Positions 25,896 to 37,865 are shown, counted from the first letter of the whole stretch. The stretch: DNA of 63,877 nucleotides, filler included, from Octopus bimaculoides (GCF_001194135.2; 4 parts of 4 records of this genome joined end to end with filler, not necessarily neighbours in it), one strand, 5' to 3'. The notes: generated from the letters alone by a model not told the origin. Translations and numbers: made by a program.

Positions 25896-26292
25896 GGTAC
25901 TACTAAAGCAGAGTGGTCCCGAACGCGCAGTCGCGCAGTTGCGCGTCCGCGCTAGCTAGTCGTGAGTGGTCGATCCTAACCCTAACCCTATCCCTAACCC
26001 TAACCCTAACCCTAACCGTATCCCTAACCCTATCCCTAACCCTAACCCTAACCCTATCCCTAACCCTAACCCTAACCCTAAACACATGTATTCATTTGCA
26101 CACGCGCACTCACACACGCGCGCACGCGCACTTTTTGTAGGATCGACCACTCACGACTAGCTAGCGCGGGTGCGCGACTGCGCGGGTGCGCGACTGCGCG
26201 GGTGCGCGACTGCGCGGGTGCGCGACTGCGCGACTGCGCGGGTGCGCGACTGCGCGGGTGCGCGTTCGGGACCACTCTGCTTTAGTAATACC
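25896..26292 (+). mobile_element. Telomeric-repeat-carrying MITE, copy C
   Basis: Same TIRs; 18 hexamers at ~25974-26081; expanded GCGCG(ACT/GGT) octamer array in the right arm; exact 9-bp target duplication GTATACCTA (25887-25895, 26293-26301). Confidence 0.92.
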
Positions 26293-26331
26293 GTATACCT
26301 ATATGTGAAACTATATAAACATAAGCTAGAC

Positions 26332-26366
<35 letters not shown>

Positions 26367-26479
26367 TGATAACTCAGAATTTTGTCTCAAATCCAAAATC
26401 TTCCGTAATATTCCAATAGCTCAATTAAATTTGAACACTAAATAGTTGTTATATACGGAGTATAATTCTCCCTATTCAT

Positions 26480-26529
<50 letters not shown>

Positions 26530-27259
26530 AGTATGTATGTGTATGTGTGTGATGTGTGATGAGTGCTACAAAGTTCCCGGTAAGCCGTTCTGTCCTGTTC
26601 TTTCGGTTGAAGTGTTTTAAATATGTTACGAATATTTTAACCGAAAAAAGTTGTGAGACTTTTATATATACATTTGTGTCAATCAGTGTGAAAGCGCACA
26701 AACGCTGCCTCAGTAAAATAATTGACATATTAGAATATACTTAGTAATACTGTTCTCATAAATTATCTTTAATTTATTGACCTTACGATAAAATATGACT
26801 GAGCAAAGAATTTCTGCTAACACATACATACATACAGACAGACAGACAGCCAAACAAATAACACACACACACACACACACTCATATACATAGGATGGGCT
26901 TCTTTCAGTTGCTGTCTACTAAATCCACTCAGTAGAAGACACTTGCTCAAGGTGCCTCACTGTGGGACTGAACCCGGAACCATGTGGTTGGAAAACAAGC
27001 TTCTTACTACACACCCACACCTGCACCTATACCCTTTTAGAGGTCGATAAAGTACAATACCAGTCAAATATTAGTGTCAATGCAATCGACTGACCACCCA
27101 TCGCCTTAAAATTGTTGGTCTTCTACTAAAATTTGTAACAGACACTATTTTTATTCGGCGGAAACACTTTACCGATTAAAAAAATAACGGGTATATACTC
27201 ATGCATTAAGTTCTGTTCACCCTGTCTGTTCTACGAAAAGGGTTAAAACCTACTTCAGT

Positions 27260-27548
27260 CATGAATGACCTGAGATTGCACCTTGATAGTTCCCCTCCCA
27301 GGCACAAGTCCGGGCAAGATTATTTATGGAAGACCAGCAGTCGCTCATGCATACCTCCCCCTTCTATGCCACCGATGTTATCCAAGGGGAAGGCAAAGAC
27401 CGATACAGCTTGGCACCAGTCAAGGTGCAACTCATTTCTACAGAGAAATGAACTGGAGCAACGTATCTTCTTCAAGAACACAACACACAGCCCAGTCCGG
27501 GAATCGAACTCAGTACCTTATGACTGTGAGCCCAACGCTCTGACCATC
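27260..27548 (-). mobile_element. tRNA-derived SINE-like repeat
   Basis: Minus-strand head GGTCAGAGCGTTGGGCTCACAGTCATAAGGTACTGAGTTCGATTCCCGG (A/B-box-like) followed by a non-tRNA body. Confidence 0.55.
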
Positions 27549-27549
27549 C

Positions 27550-28540
27550 GTCGTCGCTCTCCTCGAACAAGGTTGGTGGTGGTTCTTTTGGGGTGTCTCT
27601 TTTGAGGTCCTCCGCATCCCTCTGTGGTACCTTTGATGTGGGCTGCTTTATCGTGGTGTTGGTGGACTTCTTTTTTTCTTTCGGATTGTCAGTCTGTGGT
27701 GGGTTGATGGGTTGTTTCATCGCGGTGCTGGTTGGCTCCTCCTTGCTTTCTTTCGGGTCGTCAGACTGTGGTGGGTTGATAGGTGGAGGGGTGCTTGTGG
27801 TTGTAAGACCTGTGGGCATGTGGTTTTTAATTGGCCCTTATGCCCACATTTAAAGCACCTCGGACTTCTTCCCTCCACCATAACTCTCAGAGTTGTCTCG
27901 TTCGGCAGTATTATTTGCTCTGGTATCTCTTCCAAGTCCCTCTGGGTGACCTGGATTATTAGCTCCAGACCTTGGCCCCAGCAGTTCTGCTGGTGTAGCC
28001 TGGTGGCCCTCAGGTTCAGCAGTACAGCTGCCACCAGTCACACCGCATCGATCTCTGATGGGACCGCCCCTATCCTTATTTTCGATGTTCGCCTTTTGTG
28101 GTAAGTCGGTAGTAACACCAGATCTGCCGACTTTAAGAGAGACGTAGAGTGTTCCTTTGCCTCCTCTTCTCAAGCGAATCTCACCTCGACTGAGCCGAAA
28201 CGCCTTACTCTATGTATTTTATGTTGCGTCAAATTGGTAGTAGGCACTTTTCAATGGCATCTTTATCCTTTTTGTTGCCAGGGACAGCGTTCTGTAAACT
28301 ATTGTTTTGCGTTTTGTGTTGTACATCACTTCTTCTGAGGGAGTCAGCTTCATGTTCGCTCCTTCCCTCCGCGATAAATTTGCACTGTTTCGCTAGTGAT
28401 GCCGGCAATGGGCGCGTAGTTCATTTTCCCATTACCATTCTGTGTTTCTATTCGGAAGTCGGTTTTATCATTCTCTGGTGTTTTTCTCTTCCTTCGTTTG
28501 GCAAAATGGGAAGGAGAGAAACATTTGCTTGAACAATTCC
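27550..28540 (-). mobile_element. Tx1/L1-like LINE ORF1 fragment
   Basis: TLRVMVEGRSPRCFKCGHKGQLKTTCP (VEG plus CCHC knuckle), followed by a proline/lysine-rich tail; frameshifted. Confidence 0.75.
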
Positions 28541-29049
28541 TCTAATTAGTAGTCTAAAATTAGATATTGGGAGACGTCAATTTCCATGTACTGATTGCGT
28601 AAAAAAATTTCCTCAAAGGAAAACAATTCGCCCCTAAACAGGGGGAATTCTCACAAAATCGAACCTGCCAAAGCAGGCAATGTGTTCAAAAGACACAGAA
28701 AACAGACAAAATTGGATAACTGTTCAAAAAACAACGGCAATCCCAAGAGGGAAAACCACAATTAAACGAGAGCAGCAGAAAACAGGTCTGCTCAGTAAAA
28801 AGCATTAAAAGACAATGACACTCAACTACTCAGTGTAAGTTGGACCTTTTTATATGTATACATATTCATTTACTTGTTTCACTCATTTGACTGTGGCCAT
28901 GCTGGAGCACCGCCTTTTAGTCGAAGAAATCAAACCCAGAACTTATGTACATATTTTGTATTTGATGTATTTAATATGCTTTATATATTGATGTGTCTAA
29001 TTTGCTTATCCCCACAATTGCTTATATATATATATATATATATATATTC

Positions 29050-30682
29050 TAAACCAAAACTATCCGACGAACAGGAACGCGAAACTCTGAGTAACAGTTT
29101 TTGTGATGTCTTTGTACAGTTGCAAAATCAACAACAAAAGCAGCAACAGGAGTCGCAGAAGCAACTATTACAGCAACAACTACAACAACAACAATTATTG
29201 GACCTATATTCAAAGAAGTCCGAAAATGAGGTAAATTTGTTTTCGCCAGACGGCGTTTCGAACTCGATTAATGAATTCAGTTATAACCCAGAAGAGGATA
29301 TAACTTTTGCATTGCATTACAGAAGGTACGAGGAAATTTTTAAGCAAGATTGAAAATCATGGTCGGACGAACAAAAAGTGAAATTGTTATTGCGAAAATT
29401 AGCTCCGTTAGAACATGAACGTTACTGTAATTTCATATTGCCCAAAAAACCCAATTAAATTTATTTCAAAGACACAATAGAATTACTGTCTAACATATTC
29501 GGTGATAAAACTTCTCTATTTAATACTCGAATGGAGTGTTGGAATATAACGAAAAAAGAGGATGATGCAGGAACAGTTAACAGGATGTGTGAAAATTTTA
29601 AACTTACACCTGAGGTGTTCAAGTGTCTTATTTTTGTACAAGGCCTTACAGCAAGCGAAGATACAGAAATTCAGGCAAGAATTCTCTGTAAATTGGAACA
29701 AGTGAACCAAGATTTAACCTTATAGTCTATGGCAGAAGAATGCCAAAGGATGGTAAACCTGAAACATGATGTAGAAGAAATTCAAGGAAAGGGTTCCTCA
29801 AAAATACAAATATGCCGACCGGAAGAGTTCAACCAAAAAAGAGCGGCACATCCTAATCCATGTTATGGATGTGGGGGTATAAATTTCAGAAAAGACTGTC
29901 CATGTAAAAACCAAAATCGTTACAGTTGCAAAAGAATTGGTCACAAGAGTTCACATTGCAGAACAAAATTACAAAGGTCAAACGTTAAAAATCCTAGAGT
30001 GTTCTCAGCAGAAACAAAAATCGACTCCCAAATAAGAAAATTCGTACGCGTAAAAATAAATGGAATACATATTAAACTTCAGTTGGATACTGGAAGTGAT
30101 ATTTTAATAATAAATATGGACACACGGAAGAAAATAGGGAAACTTATGTTGAGAAAAATAGCGAAACCTGCTCGTAGCGTGACGGGGCGACAAATTACAT
30201 CTTATTGGCGAAATGTGGACTAATGTCACATTTCGAGGGAAAACATGCAAGGCGAAAGCCTTCGTCGTTAAAAATGCAACCGATCTGTTTGGTACCGATT
30301 GGTTAGAATTATTCGATTTATGGGAAGGTCCCATAAATCTCTATTGTATAAACGTAAATGGTTGTCTCTCTAAAAATAATTCGTCTGAAGAGTTAGAGAA
30401 ATTTTTTTTTAATGTTTCCGCAAGTACTCTTGGACAAACTAGGTCTATGCACAAAGAGTGAAGCATGTTTTGAATTAGATGATAACGTTACACCTGTGTC
30501 AAGCCTATAGGAAAGTGCCTTTTGCGGTAATAAAACAAGTAGACGAGGAATTGGACAGATTAGAAAAAAACGGAATCATTGAAAAAGTGCATTACGCGAA
30601 AAGAGAGAGAGGTGCAGGAAAGAAAAAAGAAAAGAAAAGAAATTCCACTTTCGCATAGTAGTCGAAATCTCAAAAGGGGAGA
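29050..30682 (+). mobile_element. Ty3/Gypsy LTR retrotransposon internal region (gag, protease, start of RT; RT-RH-IN deleted)
   Basis: FSYNPEEDITF..YRRYEEIF (gag); CYGCGG..HKSSHC knuckles; LQLDTGSD protease; VPFAVIKQVDEELDRLEKNGIIEKV (pre-RT); purine tract at 30672-30682. Confidence 0.85.
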
Positions 30683-30956
30683 TGTTGTGATGTCAGTTAC
30701 GATGCCCCCTTGCGAGAGATAGACTGCCGAGTAAAGTATAAATAGTAACGATCCGAGTGAGTTCAAAGTTCAGAGTTCAGAGTCGAGTGAAGTTCGTGTT
30801 AGTTCGCAGTAAAGTCGGAAGGTGCCGGTTGGTTAGTTCACAAAGAATATTGATTGTTGGTTCGTAAAATGATTTGTTAGTTCCTTACATTGTTGTTACA
30901 TTGTTGTTACTGTTGTCTGGTTATCTTATTTATTGTGCGTAACAAATTACGTTACA
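30683..30956 (+). mobile_element. Putative 3' LTR of the Gypsy element
   Basis: Starts TGTTG directly after the polypurine tract; TATAAATA at ~30737; ends ...GTTACA (end approximate). No partner 5' LTR seen. Confidence 0.6.
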
Positions 30957-32702
30957 GCACATGTGGAGGTTGTGTTGTGATATATCGTGCAACAAGATCC
31001 TCACCACTTCCATGTTCACCCTACTTTGCAAACAGTGGAAAAATTTCGGAGAACATGGACAGTAGAAATACAATAAAGGTTGTTTTCTCTCCTCTATTAC
31101 TCTACTTTTCATTAAAAGACTTTCTTTCCGTAATAAAGGGTTTGATAGGAATATGAAATAATTATATTATTTACATTAATATCGGAATATCTAAATAGTT
31201 CTGCTTCCGAGCAATGATATTTGTTGAATAAGATTCCTAACACTTGGAACACATAAGCATAGCAGATAAAGTTTAAGAGAAAAGAGAGTTTCGATAGGGT
31301 ATCGGTATGTGTGAAGCATACTTTGAATGGAAGTGGAAGTTTTTCGCACTATTTTACCAAACGGTATGCAGATAATTCGTGCCGGCTGAAAACTGAAGTT
31401 CATAGTAGCCTAAATCTGTTGAATAAAAATGAAAATAGTCATTTCATTCTTAGAATCTTTTATTTCATCGAAACAAGACTAAGTTTTATACTATAACCAT
31501 TGTGTTAAATCTAAGTCCTTGTATTGCATGGCATTTATTTGTAATTCTCAATTTAGCTTGGTTAAGTATATGATTCTAAAATTAGAATTATTTGTTCTTT
31601 TTCAAAATGCTCCACCTCATATTTAGTGAATCAGACAATAGCTGGTGTTTACAAATATATTAACCATATCAGCAGGCCTATATAAAGGCTACAAAGTAAA
31701 CTACTCCAAGGACATTTCTTGAAAACTTGATAACAGGCGCAAATAACGACAAAGCAACTTCCGCCATTTAAATAGAATGATCTTTTCACGAAGATTTTTA
31801 CGTAGATTTACGTTAAGCCAGTTTATTGAATGAATGATTTGCTGGACAATAGCAGTGGAATCTAAGCCGGTTTTCCGAGCGGTCTCTATTTTTTTGTTTC
31901 TTTTTGTAATCATACAGTCTAACAAAGAAACTGGCCTGCGAGAACGAGGAAAAGGTATGTAGTTAGAGTGTAAAGGTGAAACAGTGGAGGGATATGTTAT
32001 TAGATTTCTAATAGGTTGGGTGTTCCAATTCCTTGTCACTGATTCGTTTCTCTTTCTGAGAAGTCAGCCAAACTCTGAGTGTTTCAGTTCGCCTAGTCAC
32101 TGGCAATATATGCGAGGTTTTTTTTAATTGAAAGATTCATCTATTGTGAAATATCTCTAATTAAGAATAATATTAAAAAAATGAGTCTATCAGAAGAGTG
32201 TTTGAGGTAAATAATATCCTTCCCTGGTGAGTGATAAATAGTATTGGAGGACAAAATGAGCTTGGTTTTATACGTTTTCTCCTAATTACAATCGCTACTC
32301 TCATTTCTCTACTCCCCGAAGTCATTAATGAAAATCTCTAATCACGGGAATAAACATAACTGACTCAATTTTCTATCTAGTTAATGGGAAAGAAGTTATC
32401 TTGCACAGAGTTAACAGGTTCAATCTCATTTTCTTGTCGAATTCGCACATATAACAAAATGGATGTAGTTTACTTCTCCTCCGAAGAGTGGATAAACAGC
32501 GATGGAAATCTTATTTTTCTGTATGCAAAGAGAGGAACAAGAAGTTTACTTTCCACAGATGTTGACTTAAAAAATTGCAATCAAGCTACATCAAATTTAA
32601 CTCAAATTATCTACTACAGGCTGTTTTGTTAAATGTTTAACTATGCCACTGGCTAATGCTTACTATACAACTTATCCATTCATCCATCCGTCTCTCTCTC
32701 TC

Positions 32703-32773
<71 letters not shown>

Positions 32774-32922
32774 ATAAATAATACAGAATGGGACAAGAAC
32801 GCAAAACATCCAGACAGTTATANNNNNNNNNNNNNNNNNNNNNNNNNNNNNNNNNNNNNNNNNNNNTTAATTAATTAANNNNNNNNNNNNNNNNNNNNNN
32901 NNNNNNNNNNNNNNNNNNNNNN

Positions 32923-33232
32923 TTCAATTCTAGACCTTGCTTCCACACCTGAAACTTCTCCTCTAGTTCTGATAGTGACTCCGCAATTAGGGCAAGGTCA
33001 TCAGCATAGAGGAGCTCCCAGGGGCAACCTGTCTTGAACTCCTCTGTGATTGCCTGGAGGACTATGATAAATAAGAGGGGGCTGAGGACGGAACCTTGGT
33101 GGACCCCTACCTCTACCCGGAATTCATTGCTGTACTCATTTCCAACCCTCACCTTACTGGCAGCATCTCTGTACATGGCTCGCACAGCTCTCACTAACCA
33201 TTCTTCTATCCCAAGTTTCCTCATTGACCACC
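32923..33232 (-). mobile_element. RTE-clade reverse transcriptase fragment
   Basis: VGVHQGSVLSPLLF and LLYADDLALIA. Confidence 0.9.
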
Positions 33233-35007
33233 AGATAAATTATCAGTTATCTAAGGGCAGTGAGCTGATAGAATCATTACCCCATCAGGCAAAACATGTA
33301 GCAGCATTACTTCTAGCTCTTTCATTCTGAGTTCAAACTCTACAAAGGATGACTTTGCTGTTCCTCCTTCTGGGGATTGATAAAGTACCAGTCAAGTACT
33401 GGGGTTGATATGATTGACTTGCTGCCTCACTTCAAAACTGCTGGCCTTGTGCCAAGTTTTAAAGAAAATTTAAATGTTCCTCTAACTTAGCAGTTCAACA
33501 AAAGAAACCAAGAAAATAAGCACTAAGCTTAAAAAAAAAAAAAGTCCTGAGGTCGATTCCTTCGACTGCCCCAGCATGGCCACTGTAATGACTGGAACAA
33601 GTAAAAGGTAAAAGAATTATTATTAATTACCTAATTAACCAATTAACAAATCAATTGCTTGGCTAATCATTCGATCAGATGACCTGATCAAATAATTAGA
33701 GAAGCAACTGTTTAGTTTGTTATTCCAGATCTTGTCAGGTGTGATACACCTGGAGTGACAAGGGCAGGTCATTGATGAGGAATGACAACAAAAGGACTAT
33801 GATGAACAAACTGATTGATCGATTGAACAAATGATTAGTTTTGAATAATTAAATAGTTGATTAATAATTTGTTTTTGTTGACAGGATGAACAGTAAAGTC
33901 GACCTTGACTGCATTTGAAAATTAACAATACTAATAATAATAATCCCTTCTATTATATGCACAAGGCCTGAAATTTGGAGAGAGGGGACTAGTCAATTAC
34001 ATCGACCCCAGTGCATAATTGGTACTTAATTTATCGACCCTGAAAGGAATGAAAGGCAAAGTCAAACTGAGCGGAATTTGAACACAGAACATAGCAACGG
34101 GCGAAATACTGCTAAGCATTTCGCTCGCTGCCTTAATAATAATAATAATCTTTTCTACTCTAGGCACAAGGCCCCAATAATAATAATAATAATAATAATA
34201 ATAAAGTGATCTAGAACCAGTGATTTTATTAGCAAACTGATCCTCCCAAGATACAACAATCAAAGATAATCTTTGGTTTATAATCAAAACTTTAATCTTT
34301 TTACTGACAGCATTAAATGAGAGACAAATGTTATCCATCTGCAGAATCTTGGACCATCACAGACCAACTTCCGCAGAATCTTTGATCCTCCTTTCAGCAG
34401 TTTGGTGACTGGAAGTAAAAACTTGTTTAGGGTGTTGTACCTAGAGACACAATGAGGTGCCTGAACAAGATTTGAACTCCTGAATTGGTAGTGCAATATC
34501 TTAAAAGTGTATAAGATGGTCCAATGGGAAAGGTGTGTATATGAGCAGTGAGCCTGGAAGACATAGCAGCTAAATCTACTGTCACATTCTGCTGTTGATA
34601 ATAATAAAAGATATAATGGATACTGTAATCCTAAGTATTTTGGCAGGAATCTTTGATCATAGGGCTGGGATTAAGCACACACACACACCTTGCTTTGTCT
34701 TGGCCCCTCAACTCTTTGACAGTGATTTAGGACATCTCAAATCTGACCACTACAGTTGATTTCTTCCAGAAAGAGAGAAAGACAGGCAGGAAAAAAAAGT
34801 GAAGAATCAACCACAGGACAGTACAGGGCTGGTATCTTATTTATCAAGCCCAAAAGTTGACCTTAATGGGATTTGAACTCAGAGTGTTGACAAGCAGAAC
34901 AAAAACCCACAAAGTATTTTATTTGACATTCTAATCAATCTGTTACTTGGCCACCATATATATCTGTGTGTGTGTGTGTGTGTGTACATACATACAAGAC
35001 ACACATA

Positions 35008-35039
<32 letters not shown>

Positions 35040-35895
35040 NNNNNNNNNNNNNNNNNNNNNNNNNNNNNNNNNNNNNNNNNNNNNNNNNNNNNNNNNNNNN
35101 NNNNNNNNNNNNNNNNNNNNNNNNNNNNNNNNNNNNNNNNNNNNNNNNNNNNNNNNNNNNNNNNNNNNNNNNNNNNNNNNNNGAAATACTATTCCATTAC
35201 AAAATGCTTCAATGCCAGAATTTCTTTAAAATTTCCTCTCATTGATGTGAGATTTGAAGTCAATATAAAAATTATATTTTTATAAACATCAATATATGAA
35301 TAGGAAGACCTGAAGATAATAAATACATGATTGCTGTATATACCAAAAGAATGTTATATTCTAAGACAGTGAAAATATTTCTAAAAAAAAAAAAATAATA
35401 TATATTTATTTATATATATATATATATATAATGGTAATACTAAAAGAATACTTCAATGTATCACCTAAAAGAAAAGAGAATCCCAATAATGAATAAAATA
35501 AAAATGTTCCAATTCAGAACGATTTTAGAGAGAAATTCTTCAAACATTATTAGAAAATCAAAACCAAAAACTTTTTTTTAAAAGAAAAGACTTTCTAATT
35601 TTTTTGTATATTAAGAGGTATAAGTAAAACGTGCTTCATGGTAAGTTGGTTACCTTCTACTTTTGTTAGTACATAGTACTAATAATATATTGCAATCACT
35701 GTAGTTGATACAAACTGTTTTTGTAATAATTTAGGTAACAAATCTATTATAGCAATCTGAGGGAGGAGAAAATAGAAAATAGAAGAAAAAATTTGTTCAT
35801 GCGCAAAATAAAGAAAACCTGGAAAACATGCTTAGGACAGGGTTCGTTGTTACTGTACATAAATTAATAAACTATTTCAATTATATAAATACCGC

Positions 35896-35931
<36 letters not shown>

Positions 35932-35940
35932 NNNNNNNNN

Positions 35941-37272
35941 NACGATCGTCCATTTCGAAGGCTGTTCGCACTCTTCTCCTTCTTCTTCTTTACATAACCT
36001 ATTAAAAGTTGTAATTGTTTTAAAACCTAAAATTTCCCTTTCTTCTTGGATTCGAAATGAAAAGGTCGATAAATGGGTTCCAATAAAGTACCTGGCATGG
36101 GCACAGATCCACTGGTCGATAACAGCTACGCCGCCGTCCATGTATTTTGTTAAAATATCCTTCGACGGTATGAAGTTATAAACTTGGTATTTTTTGTTCA
36201 ACTTCTTTCTTAGTTTTTCCACATCATCTGGATCGTCAGAAGCAATAAACACTTTCTGTAATCCAAATTGTTTCAATAGCTTTCTTATTTGTTTAGCTGC
36301 AAACTTCAACGTAGGGACATGGTCCCTGTGAGCACGTAAATAATCTTTACGACGGAGGTGAACGCCCAGATACGGCCCACCAAATGCATTTCGCTCTTTG
36401 CGAATCATTTTCCGCCAGTCTGATTCCCAAATGGTTCTGTCAGTCTCGTCTGTAGAATTGAGGAATTCTGAACGGAATTTGTCACCTATAGAACGGAGGT
36501 CCTTGGAGAAAACCATGCTTCTTCGAGCACGCCAATATTCTTTGTCGCCGTAGAGGTCATGCAACAAATTTTCAGCACGATCCACCAAGACAGATGTAGA
36601 AGTAGTATTCTTCAACAAAATAGGCTTCATTATACCGGCATGGCCTTGAACAGACAGGCATTTAAAGTGCTTGGCGCGGATGTCGTCATAGTAACCAAAA
36701 AACCAGCCTCTCCAAAGATTATTTTCATCCAAATTGTACCGTTTTTTCTCCAGACATTCACGCTCATCGATTTTCTCAACAAAATTCCCATCCGTCCAAC
36801 CTTCTTTATAATGCTGTAAATAATAAACTTGGTCAATATGTCCCTTCGATCCAGTCACTTTCAAAAAGTCATCGAACTCCATCGTTGGTACATGATACGA
36901 GAGACTCGCGACATCAAAAAACAGCGACCATGGTATACGTATCTGTCTCCCTTCCAAATTCTCTGACTGCCAGTGATAAAGGTTACCCCAGGGAGGCAGT
37001 ACTAGTATCCACGGTTCGATCGCGTTGAGGCTTTTGGCTAAATTAGCCACTCGCATATAAACGTCTCGACGAAGGTTGAAGCCTTCGCCATGATTGACAT
37101 CGTACAATAAATACCTGTTACTTTTTGCTGTCCCAAACGCAACATTGTGTGTCCCAGGTACCTGGTAGGCCACGTCATCAAGGTTACCATGGCAGTAAGT
37201 GGGAAGTAAATAGAAAAATAAGAGAGAGACTAAGGCACCGCATGTTTTTAAATTTGCCACGTAGACGGCCAT
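35941..37272 (-). CDS. POFUT2: GDP-fucose protein O-fucosyltransferase 2, single coding exon; last codon(s) and stop fall in a 10-N gap
   Basis: N-terminal hydrophobic segment; YLLYDVNHGEGFNLRRDVY, LVLPPWGNLYHWQS, DRAENLLHD, GGPYLGVHLRRKD, DGGVAVIDQWICAHARYFIGT, STFSFRIQEEREILG and CEQPSKWTI all match POFUT2. About 444 uninterrupted codons. Confidence 0.96.
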
Positions 37273-37330
37273 TTTGATATCGAATAAATCAACATCCGGT
37301 TGTAAACAAGGGAGACAATTCTAATGAACA
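37273..37330 (-). promoter_or_regulatory. Candidate POFUT2 core promoter / 5' UTR
   Basis: ETS-like CCGGATGT (37292-37299, minus); YY1-like AAAATGGCC overlapping the ATG; no AG acceptor between the upstream pyrimidine run and the ATG. Confidence 0.35.
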
Positions 37331-37865
37331 TTTTTTTTTTTTGTGTGTTGTTTATGTTTCAACCCTGATCAGCTGATCGAAAAGACTTGCGATCGAATGG
37401 GGTGTTCCTGCTATAGTAGCGTAGCAAGAGTGTGAGCTGCTTGGGAAAACCTTTGAGCATGACGTCTCTACCCCGGGTCCCCAATCTTATACAAGTTTAT
37501 ACATCAGACCCCAAAATGCCGCCTGCATGAAAACGTTGCCAGAGGAAAACCGACCCCTCAGCTCCCTACAGACGTCAGTTCCCATTCTGAGTGCGATGGA
37601 GATACGGATTTCATCTAGATTGAGTAAACCTCCAATGATAGCCACAGGCAGGGCATCAATCTGGCCCCCTGAGAATTTTGCACTAGCTAAAAGTAGGCGA
37701 CACTTTAACAATCGATCAGATTGATCAAGGAGAAAGTTGAAAGTGACACTTGAACGCAGATTGTTCCATACTCTCTGTTTACGTCTACCCTCCACAGTAA
37801 CAGGAACAGACAAACCTAGCTCTCTTTCCATTGTAATAGAGCTTCATCCATCTCCCTGTTGTAAT
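37331..37865 (-). mobile_element. CRE-like non-LTR element 3' fragment ending in poly(A)
   Basis: RLLLASAKFSGGQIDALPVAIIGGLLNLDEIRISIALRMG resembles the CRE post-RT motif; A12 tail (T12 at 37331-37342). Confidence 0.6.

Noticed and set aside
26165-26268. Regular GC-rich repeats as a CRISPR-like array
   Set aside because: Contiguous 8-mers with no unique spacers, inside a TIR, in a eukaryotic genome.
27490-27548. tRNA-like A/B boxes (also 55085-55135 and 63145-63185) as tRNA genes
   Set aside because: No complete cloverleaf; they continue into shared SINE bodies.
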